Assembly (NCBI GenBank): GCA_030704615.1
Contig: CM060734.1
Coordinates: 44,950,001 to 45,014,000, forward strand
Length of the DNA stretch: 64,000 nucleotides
Direction of reading: 5' to 3'
Origin: Takakia lepidozioides
Taxonomy: Eukaryota > Plantae > Bryophyta
Every line of letters begins with the position of its first letter. The first letter of the stretch is position 1. The notes beneath the pieces were generated by a model, which saw only the letters and a list, made by a program, of their open reading frames with translations, was not told the DNA's origin and ran no database searches. The position numbers were made by a program, and so were the translations under genes. Shown piece after piece: positions 25,965-38,750 of this stretch.

Positions 25965-26529
25965 ATCTCGGGACCACCTGTGATCAAATTGAAAGCAGGT
26001 GAATTGTTCGGGGGTCTTCCGTATCAACCACAAACCTTTCTCCACCTCTGGTAGCTTACAGCCCACTGTTTTCCCCCGCTCTGTCGATACAATCAACAAA
26101 ACAACCTATGTTTGATTGCCACGTGTTTGGCCTGTGTGCGCTCCTTCCTGTGTTCCCCGCCCTGTCTCTTCCGTTCTGTGACTTTCTACAAAACTGACTC
26201 ACATCTCCACACGGGCGACAGTGACGATATTGTCCAGTCCACCGTACGTGTTCTAAGTTTGGGTTAAGCGGATTAGTACACGCTGCGTTATAGTCCAGGC
26301 CAGATGGGAATCAGTGAAGTTTGGTGGTATGGTAAGGTAGAGGGACTTCATTCATATAGTCTTGGCGTCCGGGGGTTGAGCGGGACCATTTGTGCACTCA
26401 AGTTGTGCTATGCAAGGCCCATTTTCCGCTTGATTGTTGTGGAGGATTCTTAAAAGGCAGGGTGGATTGGTAGTGAGGATTCGGGAAGCTGGGTTGTAAT
26501 TGAGTATGGGATAAGAAGTATTGAGTGGT

Positions 26530-27279
26530 ATGGACAAGTTCAAGAATTTTTGGTCTGCACTTTCTGTCTATGGAGATATAGAATTGGGAGAAGACGATGA
26601 TCAAGATTGTAAGGCCGCCAGTCCTGTGGGGAATTTGCCAAAGAAATCGGTTAGCAAAAGAGATGGTAACCGGGGAGGGAAAGGGAAGAGGGAGACGTTG
26701 GAGGAGGGGAATAAATCCGATGGAGCGCGATTAAGAATGCCTCTTGTGTGGATTGATCTGGAGATGTCTGGATTGGATCTGGAGAAGGACAGGGTGCTGG
26801 AAATCGCTTGCATTGTGACCGATGGCAGGCTTGAAAAGATGATTGAGGGGCCAGCCCTCATAATCCATCAGCCCGAGGAGGTCCTGACAGGTATGGGGGA
26901 TTGGTGCCAGGAGCACCACACTGCCAGTGGCCTGGTGGAGGCCGTGCGCAGTAGCACAGTGTCTGAAAAAGAGGCAGAAGATCAAGTAGTGGAATTCGTC
27001 CGCCAACACACCGCAGGGCCCGGGCAGCCGTTGCTTGCAGGCAACTCAGTATATGTGGACTACATGTTTCTCAGGAAGTACATGCCTACGCTTGCAGCGG
27101 AGTTCCCTCATGTGCTGGTGGATGTCAGCAGCTTGCGGGCTATGTGCGTTCGCTGGTATCCCAAAGATGCAGAGAGAGCGCCGGCGAAAAAGAAGAATCA
27201 CCGCGCTCTGGAAGACATAAAGGAGAGCATTGCGGAGCTCAAGTACATGCAGAAATCCATCTTTAAGCAGCGATCATAG
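26530..27279 (+). CDS. ORN: Oligoribonuclease (Orn/REXO2, DEDDh exonuclease), intronless
   Basis: Motifs LVWIDLEMSGLD, LEIACIVTDG, WCQEHH, LAGNSVYVD, DVSS and HRALEDIKESIAELKY. Confidence 0.93.
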   Translation: MDKFKNFWSALSVYGDIELGEDDDQDCKAASPVGNLPKKSVSKRDGNRGGKGKRETLEEGNKSDGARLRMPLVWIDLEMSGLDLEKDRVLEIACIVTDGRLEKMIEGPALIIHQPEEVLTGMGDWCQEHHTASGLVEAVRSSTVSEKEAEDQVVEFVRQHTAGPGQPLLAGNSVYVDYMFLRKYMPTLAAEFPHVLVDVSSLRAMCVRWYPKDAERAPAKKKNHRALEDIKESIAELKYMQKSIFKQRS

Positions 27280-28964
27280 TTTCGACAGGTGATTAGTGCT
27301 TTAGGCTGCACATTAACTGTCTTACGATTTTGGCTTCTGGCTTAGGGTAATTGAGCCAGAAATCATTCTCTTCGAAATGAACATTGGTGGGGATCAATGA
27401 GGATAGCCAAAGTGCTATATCCTCTTATTACTTTGAATGCCATTCAGATGAATCGAATGCGCAACTTTCTGGCTGCATTGCCTAGCCTCATCTGTACTCA
27501 TAAGTACCGAAACCAGCACCTTCATTCACAACCAAAGGTTAGGCAGGATATGTTTGTGGGGTTTTTCCTGGCTGCAAGCATTGCAGCAGGGTTTTAGAGC
27601 TAAAGTGACCATCTCATTGTGTTAATTGGAATCCATAGCAAACACTACTAGAATTAGCTCTAGTTACAGGATGGGCTGCGGATGTATGCTTGTCACAGGT
27701 GAGACCAGGTTGTCGCCAGAATGTTGATGCCCAAATTGGTTACCTAGGGTTTTCTGAAGCAGGTACCCATTTCAGTGCTCAGTCTCTTATGCCCTTTTTG
27801 GCTGGCACTGAATTTTCCTACAGCCATGTGCATGATGTATCATACATATGTCTACTGTAGTATGATTTTGTCTGTAAGAAGAGATTTTGACCGAATCTGT
27901 GCTCCCCATGTGTGACCTTCTTTCCAGTGCAGACCAATATTGCAGAGGAGACACAATGTAGTCAGATGTGGTTTCTTGGATTGAGGCATGTGTCTCTTGC
28001 TCTTCCTGCTTTGTGATGGGTATGGTGGAGGATGTTAAGGGGATTCTCTACAGCAATGTAGAGGTGCTCAACAAGACAACTCCATGTAAGCATCCCATCT
28101 TTTCAGAATCTGACCAGCTGTGGAGTTATCAGCCTCTCAACTGGTTCATCTGAAGTTATTTTTGTTGGAAGTTTCCTTGTTGTATTCAGGTAGGAGGTTG
28201 TAGAAGGTCTTGAAACGTGGAACCTTTCTTCCTTTTCTCTACACTGTGAGGTGTGTGGCATCCACTTACCTCATCAAAGGAAACCACCTCAAGTCGGATA
28301 CCTGAATTCGAGGGAATCCTCACATGTTTTATTGCTTGATATCACGACAAGTAGCATAGAGAGGGGAGAGAGAGAAGTGTTGGACTCAGTGTGCTTCAGC
28401 CTTGTGCCATTGTCTGCCACGCCCACTTCGCATAGAGAGAAAATTCTCTGGATGTTCAGGTGTGTCCAGCATAATGCGACTTGATAGTGGAGCTGGGCTC
28501 AATTTGGGGATAGAGACTAGATCAACCCATAGTGATCCAATTGAGGTACACCATGATGGGGATGACAAAGAGTATGCAAGTCAGAGCATTTGTGATCATC
28601 TTTCGTAGTTCTCATAGACAGCAGCCAACTACAGTAAACACTGTTCTGAAGGGATGGGGATTCTAGTTTCACCCTGGTTCACTGCATTGAAGAGAGTGAA
28701 TTGCATTTGCTCAAAAAGTTAGTGGTTTTTTATTAGTCAATTCTGCTATTTCTTCATATCGACCATTATTGACAGATGAGCACATATGGCAGTACCAGAG
28801 TCTTGAAGAGTTGCAGGATCAACTGAGCTAGTGGTAGTTCGCAAAGCAGATATGTTTCATACAATTGCCACTTGTGCTCATGGAGCAACCAGGTGTGTCT
28901 GTCAAGGAAATTCATTGATAGTCCAAAACTTGTTAATCTCTCTCTCTCTCTCTCATATCATTCC

Positions 28965-29090
28965 TGATCCAATTGTCTTTATCAGGGTACGTCACACTAT
29001 TGGAGCGAGCCCCTCACAAAGGTAGTGTCTGCTCCCCTTTGTCCTGCCCAAACTGGGTGCCGGGGTCTTTGGCCAAGGCTACAGCATATA
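28965..29090 (+). mobile_element. Another 3'-end copy of the same non-LTR family
   Basis: GCCCCTCACAAAGGTAGTGTCTGCTCCC…GCCCAAACTGGGTGCCGGGGTCTTTGGCCAAGGCTACAGCA aligns with 6600-6730. Confidence 0.65.
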
Positions 29091-30439
29091 ATGCGTACAT
29101 TCTCTCCATTAAAGACATTTAAAACACAGACATACACTATTTCATTGCAATCTGATACAGTTAGAGATGACTTCAACACCTGGGCATGGCCCCAGCCTGG
29201 TGGTGAAGGCTTATGGGGATACCTCTGCACACCCCATTTTGAAGAAAATCTGTTGAGTTCATCAAATGTTGGCTTCATATCGAGAATTTGCACAAGTGAG
29301 CTTGCAGCAGTTAACGCATGGCTGGTTTTGTCCACTCTACTATCTAGTGCCTTGCCAAATTGTTATTACTTTAATTGGGTAGATCTTGACGAAGAGTTCG
29401 AATTTCTTCCCTCATCACATAGGGTTGGGAAGGTTTCCTTGAGAGAGCCTTTCTAGGTTTGAGCACCCCAGCCCTCTCACGGCCCTTGCTCGGAAGGCTT
29501 GGCCCTTAGAAGCCCGGCATCCAGCGGGGGACCTTAAGCTTGCACGGTGGTTACCTTACACACATATCCTCTCCATTAGAATCTGCCAGGGAACGGTCCT
29601 AAAATGCAAAGGGAATTCTCTCGCAAATCTTTACAGACTTTATAGAGGTCCTCTTCCAAGTATAAAATATAGAGCACGGTAAGTACATAAGAAAAAATAG
29701 TGGTTCAGTTTCTAATTGAACCCAGAACTCAGATGTAGTTTTCGTTCTCTTTCATGGAAGATGTCAGTGGACATTATTCCTGAGTGTCATCCCCAATCCT
29801 TCATTTTGAATCAGAATGTGTTCATGAGCATAGACATTTTCAATGCCTATGACTGTACATAGAATTAATGTACATCACAAGGCGACACTACTTCTCTATC
29901 ATACATTTCACTGAAGAACAACTCTAGTGAAATTACTCACATCTCTTGGCATATCAACAATGACATTCTTAACCTGTGAGGTAATTACCTGCACCATGGT
30001 CGAAACCAGAAATTTTGGGCTGGATGTTGCTATAAAAGTGGGAGGAGGTTCACTTCAACTCTTCCAAGTCATAAAAAGCTTAAAGGCATGTGCTTAAAAG
30101 GACAGAGGAGATCTTCCCAAGGTAAAGAACCGTAATTATGGGGTTGAATGGCCTGCTATAGATCCTTCACATCTTAACAACTGCTCATAACCAAGTAGAT
30201 GACGAACCACCAGGGAGGAAACCCTTGGAGATTGGCAAGACAAAGAATATTTAATATCACTGTCACTGTCTACAGATCCATCATTATGAATGTCGATTTA
30301 AAGTCTCTCACATCTGAGCAACACAAATAGATCACTTTTTCAAGAACTGATAAAGACAGACTCAAGATCAAACAGCATTCCTGTGGACCTGGATATGATG
30401 AAAACACAGACGCAATCAACACATGGCAGGAAACATAGG

Positions 30440-31183
30440 TCAAGCCCTGCCATTAAGAGGGTCAGCAGGTCTTTCTGAAGAACCTACTCTGACCTGCCGA
30501 TTTTGGCTGGGCTGGAATAGTTTAGCAGCCTTTCTTGGATTTACCTCAATTTGGAATATCTCTTCCTGCTCCATCAGCTTGAGTTTCATTTCAATAGCCG
30601 CAATTTTGGCACTCTTACTTGCAGCCACTGGTTGGAAGGGTGGGACAGGGGTGCTGGGGTCAGAGCTGCCTTGTTTCACCACTGTCAGCTTTTCTTCCAC
30701 AAAACGCACCACCAATGGCCGCCCAAATGCCATGCGCCCATTCATGTTGCCCTTGGCCTTCTCTGCCTCCTGTACCCCAACCCTGTCCCTGTCAACAAAG
30801 CTGTACATGCAATTTGATCACCCATGGCCTTGAGGTATCCCTTCCAGGTAAAAGTATGCACCTCTCGGCTGCTGTATTCCACAAAAGCAAAGCCTCGGGG
30901 TTCGCCTCGTTTGGGCCCGTGTGTGTGCCACATATACTCCTCGCTCCGAATCTTTCCGAATGGAGAGAACATCTTGATCACATGATACCTGCACAACCTC
31001 CCACTGCTATTCAATACTCATGTGCTTGTATGATCACACCCACCAGCTTTTCAAATGCACCTTGCAAACAGCCTAATACCATGATGATTACACTTACTCT
31101 GTCACGCGATGGTCTAAGTTGCCCACATATAACTTGTGCTCACGCTTTTCGTCGATCAGGCCTTCTTTTTCTGCCTCCTGCAT
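30440..31183 (-). CDS. RBM18: RBM18-like single-RRM RNA-binding protein (3 coding exons)
   Basis: Exons 31098-31183 (KLYVGNLDHRVTE), 30862-30988 (YHVIKMFSPFGKI…GPKRGEPRGFAFVEY) and 30440-30769 (GRPLVVRF…SAKIAAIEMKLKLME). GT/AG phases are consistent. Confidence 0.87.
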
Positions 31184-33106
31184 GTCTCACAGTGTCCACC
31201 ACATAAAATCAAGGAGTGACATGCTGCGTCTAATTAAAATGCAGAATGGGGTCCTACACAATCAAATTTTGTGTTCTCCACTATCCTTTCACCTATTACA
31301 CCCAATAACCTGCAATTCATGTCACAGTTACAGCTATCCAGGTATAATAACAGGAAAAGGTGTGCTAACCTATCTCAAACCCTTGCACCCTGATCGGCCC
31401 TAAACACAGCTGTGTGCTTCCACACCAACAGAAGACGAATCCATGAATCTGTCGATGGGGCCATTAATAGTACTACCACTACCTTTCAACAACCATTTAT
31501 CTGAGCTTTGAATCAAGCAGGCAGATTGCTTAGGGATAGGAAAATCGAGAAGACGGAGGTGAAGTCAAGTAACAACTGAAAACAGCAACCTACATTATGC
31601 ACACTGCGCCAGCTTGGACGAACACACTGAGAGAACGAACAAGCACACGTGTGAGGTTGTCACAAATTGATGGACACCTACATGACCCCGTTTCAGCATG
31701 ATGGCGGCACTTGCTTTCAATTACGATGGACTACAACGCTTAAGTAGCCATCTGACTCCTCTACCACTCCAGTTCTTGTGCCGCGCCCTACAGTACAAAT
31801 CCTGCAACCACTCCTGCTGTTCCTCCACACATACATTGCGGACTTCGCCTTCAGGGCCTTGCAAGCTCCCAACACCAGTGCAGCTTTCAGTGCCTGCAAT
31901 CTCACCTTCGCATCTCCGGCCGCTAGTCTTCCACCTTCACTCACCCGTCCTTGCCTGCTTCAGATATCTCACACCCTGCTGCACAACCTACCACCCTTGA
32001 ACCCATCAAAGCAGGGCTCACGTCCTGACCTCCGTGCCAATTAGACTTCCTCAGATCGAATACCCCCACCCTTGAACCTGAAAACTCTGCATCAAGCCAT
32101 ACTTTCGAGAGTAGACCCAAAAACCTACAGTGGAAACGAGAAACTGTCGCTCCTCAGTCCAGAATAGCTGATTGAGAATGAGGAGCTGCAACACAGATTT
32201 CCTCGAATCCTATTTCTTCACCGATCTGCACAGGGAATAGCAAACAGACTAGTATCGCTGCAGGCCCCAGATATTAGTGCAGGAGTGAGTTACAAGAGAC
32301 CCGGGCTGCCTGGCCTGGAGGTGTGGGAACTCTGGGGAACATTTGTAGAGCAGATTTGATGTAGGGTTTCGAAGGTCACGATTTCGTCTCTCTCCTCTAC
32401 TCCCTGTCTATTGCCCAAGCTGTCGAAGCGCGCGTGCGTGGATTCAAGAGTGTGTGAAATTGTGTTGGACAAAAACAAAAACCTTCCATGTGGATGTGGA
32501 AGGGGGATGATTCTTGCCAGGGTGAGGTTTTCCTTGCAAGGAGGATGGAAGGTGCTAACTGCTAACTCAATCTTTTGCAGCTGTTTGCATTGTTATTGCA
32601 GTTTTACGTCATTATTGCAGCTTCAGTTATTTAGGCCCTGACTATGAGATGTGTTTAGTGACTTCCATGTCGACCATGTGCAGAAAAAGGCCTTTATGGA
32701 TGGTGCCAATGAGGTGCCAATGAGCTATAAGAGTGGACGGGGGTCTATGGAGAGGGGTGACATGCGCCGCTGTCATGTACCAAGTAACAAGCTTGTAAGT
32801 GTTTCGTAAATCAGATACCCCCAATTTCGTCTACATTGCTACAGGTCAAATGAAGTAAACACATAGCAAGTAACTCTGCAGGTACAGGTACGCCTCACCC
32901 TGCTCTAGTTTTTTGGCAACATGAAGTCCTGCCATTCATGAGAATAGGGGCATCAGTGAGCTTCCCTCCCATGGCAACAGAATGTCAAAAATTTCTAATC
33001 TTGATCACATGGCACCAGTTTCATTGCAAGTGACACTGAGGCCAGTATCTGGCAAATCTATTGGTAGGGAGTGTACAAAATGAAGTCGGCAATCTGCAGC
33101 AAAGTT

Positions 33107-33469
33107 TTAGATGAACTTGGCGGTAGTATGGCAGTCACCACACACCCAAAGATTCTTGATGACATGGAGAGGCGTCCCAGGGGAGGTGCTGATCAGCCCA
33201 AAAGCCATAGCCAGCTTCTGACTGTGGTGGCACAGAGAAAATTCCTTTTGCTCCTCCTCCACGTGCAATGTAAAGCACGTGTCAGGCACATCCCCTGCCT
33301 CCTTCATCTACCCTGACAATCTTCTCAGTTCAGCACAGATTTTCTCAAGTTCTGGAAGCAAATTTTCATCTACAACGAAGGTCTGAGTATCAAAGGACCA
33401 ACAAGGTGTGCAGCATCGTCCCACTACTGCACTATAGATGCTTGATAGCAACACATAAGTTGCTGCATC
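33107..33469 (-). pseudogene. Decayed E/E+/DYW region downstream of the PPR gene's premature stop
   Basis: DAATYVLLSSIYSA follows TAG 33470-33472; most of E2 is deleted; second TAG at 33308-33310; then [42 protein letters not shown] (catalytic HxE is HxQ; C-terminal DYW part absent). Confidence 0.9.
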
Positions 33470-36400
33470 CTATTGATCCCGTTTGAGGATAGATTTTGCA
33501 GCACGTTCTGCCACTTCCACATTGCCATGAATTCTGCACGCACCAAGCAAGGCTCTCCACACCACAACATCCGATTTGGATGGAAATTTGTTGATGAGGT
33601 CCTCTGCCTCATCCAGTCGCCCTGCACGGCCAAGGAGGTCCACCATGCACCCAAAGTGCTCCACTGTAGGAGTGAGTCCATGATCTTGAATGAGGGATTC
33701 AAAGTAGTGTTTGCCTTCATCCACTAAGCCAACATGGCTACATGCAGAAAGAACACATGTGAACGTAATATTGTCCGGCTTCAAGCCTTCCTTTTTCATT
33801 CCTTCAAATAGTTGCAGAGCCTCCCTCGGACAACCATGATGGGCATATCCAGTGATCATGGCACTGCAGGACACCACATCTTGTTCAGCCATATTGTCAA
33901 ACACTTCCTTTGCATCCTCCATGCTCCCGCATTTAGCATACATGTCCACAAGGGTAGTGTTAAGAATGACATCTGGTACAATTCCAGCTGCCACCATGTC
34001 AGTATGGACCTCTTTGCCCTTTCCCAGGGCTGCCAGGCCAGCACAAGCCTTGAGAACGCCAATGAATGTGCCCTGGTCAGGTGTCACCCCTTCCTTTACC
34101 ATCTGCTCATAGTTCTCCAAGGCATTCCTACCACACCCATGCTGGGCATATCCTGCGATCATCACACTCCACGACACCACATCTCGTTCAGCCATATTGT
34201 CAAACACATCCTGTGCATCCTCCATGCTCCTGCATTTGGCATACATGTCCACAAGCGTATTGTTCAGAATCACATTTGGTACAATTCCAGCTTCCATGAT
34301 GTCAGTATGGACTTCTTTGCCCTTTCTCAGGGCTGTCAAGCCTGCACACACATTACAAGTGCAAACAAACGTGACACGGTTGGGCTTCACCCCTTCCCGC
34401 ATCATTTGCTCGTAGGTCTCCAAGGCATTTCTACCAAACCCATGCTGGGCATATCCTGCGATCATTGCATTCCAGGTCACTACATTCCGTTGAACCATAC
34501 TGTCAAACACTCCCTTTGCATCCTCCATGCTCCCGCATTTGGCATACATGTCCACGAGCATATTGTTCAGAATGATATCTGGTACAATTCCAGCTTTCAT
34601 GATGTCAGTATGGACTTCTTTGCCCTTCTCCAGGGCTCCAAGGCCTGCACACGCATTGCAAACGCAAACGAATGTGACCCGGTTGGGCTTCACCCCTTCC
34701 TGTGTCATTTGCTCATAGGTCTCCAAGGCACTCCTACCACACCCATGTTGGACATATCCTGCAATCATTGCACTCCAGGAGACCACATCTCGTTCAGCCA
34801 TCTTGTCAAATACTCCCTTTGCATCCTCCATGCTCCCACATTTGGCATACATGTCCACGAGCGTATTGTTCAGAATGATATCTGGTACAATCCCAGCTTT
34901 CGTGATGTCAGAATGGACCTCTTTTCCCTTTTCCAGAGCTGCCAGGCCCGCACATGCATTGCAAACACAAATGAACATGACCTGATCCGGCTCCACCCCT
35001 TCCACCATCATTTGTTCATACGTCTCCAAGGCATTCCCCCAACACCCATGCTGGCCATACCCTGTGATCATCGCACTCCAAGACACCACATCTCGTTCAG
35101 CCATATTCTCAAACACTTCCTTTGCATCCTCCATGCTCCCGCATTTGGCATACATGTCCACGATGGTGTTGTTCAGAATGACATCTGGTACAATTCCAGC
35201 TTTCATGATATCAGTATGGACCACTTTGCCCTTTTCCAGGCCTGCCAGGCCTGCACATGCATTGCAAACAGAAACAAATGTGACCCGGTCAGGCTTCACC
35301 CCTTGCTGCATCATTTGCTCATAGGTCTCCAAGGCATTCCTACCACACCCATTCTGGGCATATCCTGTGATCATTGTGTTCCAGGTCACCACACTTCGTT
35401 CAGCCATATTGTCAAACACTCCCTTTGCATCCTCTATGCTCCCACATTTAGCATACATGTCCACGAGGGTATTGTTCAGAATGACATCTGGTACAATTCC
35501 AGCTTCCATGATGTCAGTATGGACCTCTTTGCCCTTTTCTAGTGCTGCCAGGCTTGCACACGCATTGCAAATGCAAGTAAATGTGACCTGGTTGGGCTGC
35601 ACCCCTTCCTGCATCATTTGCTCATAGGTCTCTAAAGCCTCCATCCCACACCCATGTTGGGCATATCCTGCAATCATTGCACTCCACGACACCACATCTC
35701 GTTCAGGCATATTATTGAACACTGCCCTTGCATCGTCCATGCTCCCACATTTAGCATACATGTCCACGAGGGTATTGTTCAGAATCATATTAGGTGCAAT
35801 TGCACTTTTCATGATGTCAGCATGGACCTGTTTGCCTTTTTCCAGGGCTACCAGGTTTGCACACGCTTTGCAAATGCAAACAAAGGTCACCGGGTTGGGC
35901 TTCACCCCTTCCTGCATCATTTGCTTATAAGCCTCCAAGGCATTTTTACCGCACCCATGCTTGGTAAAGCCAGCCATCATTATATTATATGTGATTAAAC
36001 CTCGTTCAGGCATTTTGTTGAACACTTGGTTTGCATCTACTATGCTCCCACATTTGACATACATGTTGACAACGGTGTTGTATAGAAACACACTTGGCTT
36101 AAATCCACTTTGGATAATGTGAGCGTGCACCTGCTTTCCCGCTGCCAGGCCTTTCACCTTGATGCACTTCCGCAAGAGACAGACATAAGTATCTGAATCT
36201 GCTGCAATGGTTCCTCGGTTCAAAATCTGCAGAGCCTCTTTCAGTTGTCCTGCCTCACATAGTGTTCTAACGTGCAGAGAACCAAAAGAGATCTTCTGTA
36301 CTCCCTCTCTTGGTCTTCTGTCTGAATTGGTGGTCATGGCGGAGGCGCCTAAAGTTACCAACTGTGATGTTACTCCTGCTTCCAGTGGACTGTCTACCCA

Positions 36401-38527
36401 TGCAGGTTTCTTGTAAGAATCGATCCCCAGTGCCTCATTGGTACTCTTGTGCTTGAAAGACGTTCTTGGATGAATCTGGACCGACACTCCACCCTCCCTC
36501 TTTCAGCTATCCCTGCCTCGGAAACAGTAATGCATAGATCTTCCCCCTTGCTGCTAGCAACTGAAAAGGACCTAACATTTGCCTAGCAAGCACCCCAACC
36601 CTACTTACCACACATTAGTTCCTCATGCAGAATCACTGAGAAGACTTTCAAAATGTGTTGCAAAGAGAGGGAGGATGATATAATTTGCAAGAAAGTTTTT
36701 CAATGAATCTTTTGCTCTGCTGCTTCCGTAAGATGACAGACATCCCCACCTTGCTGCCTTGATTGTCCCACCATTGACCAGGGTTTGAAAGGTATTCCTT
36801 CCAAAGCATTTCCTCGTCCCTGTTGTGGGTCTTTAGATATTTGCCTGTTATCCCGTTGGAACCACCATAGATCCACCCGCTCAGCTAATTTACAGAACTT
36901 GACATGAAAGAATATGGACAAATCTGATAAGAGGACACAACAAGCCTAAGTATGTTGAAGAAGAAGGTGCCCTCACCACATTCTCCTTGATAGTGTGTCC
37001 TGAAAGCAGCTAGCTTTTCTTTCACCCAAGGAGGATTCAACCAACCCTCAATCCAAAGGACCTCTTGGGTACGCTGCTTATGTCTGTAGTCTGGTGATCT
37101 TGGATTGGTCTGTGAAAACCACCACGGTGCATGGCTACAGTTTAAAGACGGCCTCCTAAGATGAAGCCGTCCCTCCCATGTGCCTTGTAAAACACCAGGA
37201 AAAACCCTTGGCGATGCATTTTCATGGCCTGTATAGGAACAGCCTATGATACAGACAGGAACAGCACTTACGCAGAACACACAAACTTCCTTACATCATA
37301 TAAGAAGAAAGCCACACCTTGCCATTGCAGTTGTCCCACCATCCTGAAGGATCTTTAAAGAATTCCCGCCAGCGCTGTTCCATGCTCCATGGTTGACCTT
37401 CAGGCCAGAAACTCGAAGAGCATAAAACTTTGACAGCTTCCTTTTATTAGGTGATAGTGTCACTCTGGGCCCTATCGCATGGAAGACAATGAGGAACATA
37501 CAAATATATGTATTTTACAGATGCTAAACAAGCTTGTGCACGACAAGGTTGCCCTTCTAATCAGGCTCACTGCAAGTCATACTCACTTTCATCTTCAAAT
37601 TTTGGAGGAGCTCCATCATCCACACCAGAATCAGAACCGCATTCTGATATATTTCCATTGTCACTAGACTGTTCTTGACCTTGTGTCATGGCAATTAGCT
37701 TTTCTTTCACCCAAGGAGGATTGAACCAACTCTCGATCCACAGCACTTCTTTGGTCCACTGCTTATGTCGGTAGTCCGGAGACGTTGGATTGGTCTGTGA
37801 AACCACCAGGGAGCAGCTGAGCAGCCTCAGTTTTAACATATCCCAAACCATGAACCCTCCCCCAGAAACTACAGGGAAAAGACTTTGCACATCCTACTTA
37901 GGAAGAACAACCAAAGATACTGACAAAACTGAAAATAAGAGCAGCTTTTGCAGAACAAATCGAGATTCTATTGTCACCACAACCCAGTCCACAAAACATT
38001 ATCATACCAGAGTCAATCAAACTCTCTCACAGACATACTCCTTCGAATGCTATATGAAGAACGCTCACCTTGTGAACGGTGGAGTCCCACCATTGAGAAG
38101 GATCTTTGAAGAACTCCTGCCAGCGCTCTTGTGTACTCCAGCGTTGACCTATGTGCCATATATACCAATTATAACCACTGTGTCAGTATCTTGTGTGCTT
38201 TATTGCGTCTTAGACCGGATTTTGCCGGATAGCTCAGCTTGGATTTCAAGCCCGTTCAAACAACACAGCGACCGAAACCGCAAAATGTTTCGTGTTATTA
38301 CCTACTTTCATTGGTATACCTGAAGGTTTGGGAGGCCCTCTAGTCACCACTTCCAAGGGACTCCTCCCTCGGCACATTGCCAAGGGGGATACAGCTTTCA
38401 GCTCCACAGCCCAGCCCCTTAATCTGTTGCATGAATTGAGGCCTGTCGCATGACCCTGGCGAGAAGATAGGGCCTTGGGTATGTAGTCCGCACTCGCGCT
38501 CAGAAGAACCCCGGAACACCCTGCCAT
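33470..38527 (-). CDS. PLS-class PPR protein with putative transit peptide and three OSB-type PDF motifs; ends in E1 at a premature TAG
   Basis: Seven phase-compatible GT-AG exons: 38527-38320 (or 38302), 38148-38069, 37794-37587, 37397-37318, 37109-36977, 36844-36750, 36475-33470. Last exon carries ~26 PPR motifs (L-S, 7 P-L-S triplets of 303 bp, P2-L2-S2) and the start of E1. Confidence 0.85.
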
Positions 38528-38594
38528 CTCCACCAGTGACTAAAACAGAAACAAGTTTTGTTTTTGGTCCATGCACTTCGGACCCCAATATGGG

Positions 38595-38750
38595 AAAAGA
38601 TCCTCCAGATTCAAGGATCACGCATAGCTGTGATCCATCATTTGGAGAACTTGGAGAATACCCTTGTTGACATGTATGACAAATGCAGGAGAATGAAGGA
38701 TGCATGTCCAGTGCTTGAAAACATGAAAAATCGAAATGTAATCTCACAGA
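38595..38750 (+). pseudogene. Isolated PPR L/S-motif fragment on the opposite strand
   Basis: LENTLVDMYDKCRRMKDACPVLENMKNRNVIS. Also present inverted at ~57835-57990. Confidence 0.65.

Noticed and set aside
29240-29300. SPT5-like peptide MKPTFDELNRF
   Set aside because: Too short, with no supporting exons.
33107-33310. U-to-C (DYW:KP-type) editing domain
   Set aside because: Remaining residues look like a canonical DYW (HSEK in copy B) and the diagnostic C-terminus is missing.
33308-33472. In-frame TAG codons as stop-codon recoding or U-to-C editing sites
   Set aside because: Intact genes here use TAG as a true stop (HEN2, ORN). The stops come with deletions and frameshifts and fit ordinary C-to-T decay.
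33812-35542. 576-aa ORF on +
   Set aside because: Antisense shadow of the repetitive PPR array; His/Ile-rich periodic sequence.
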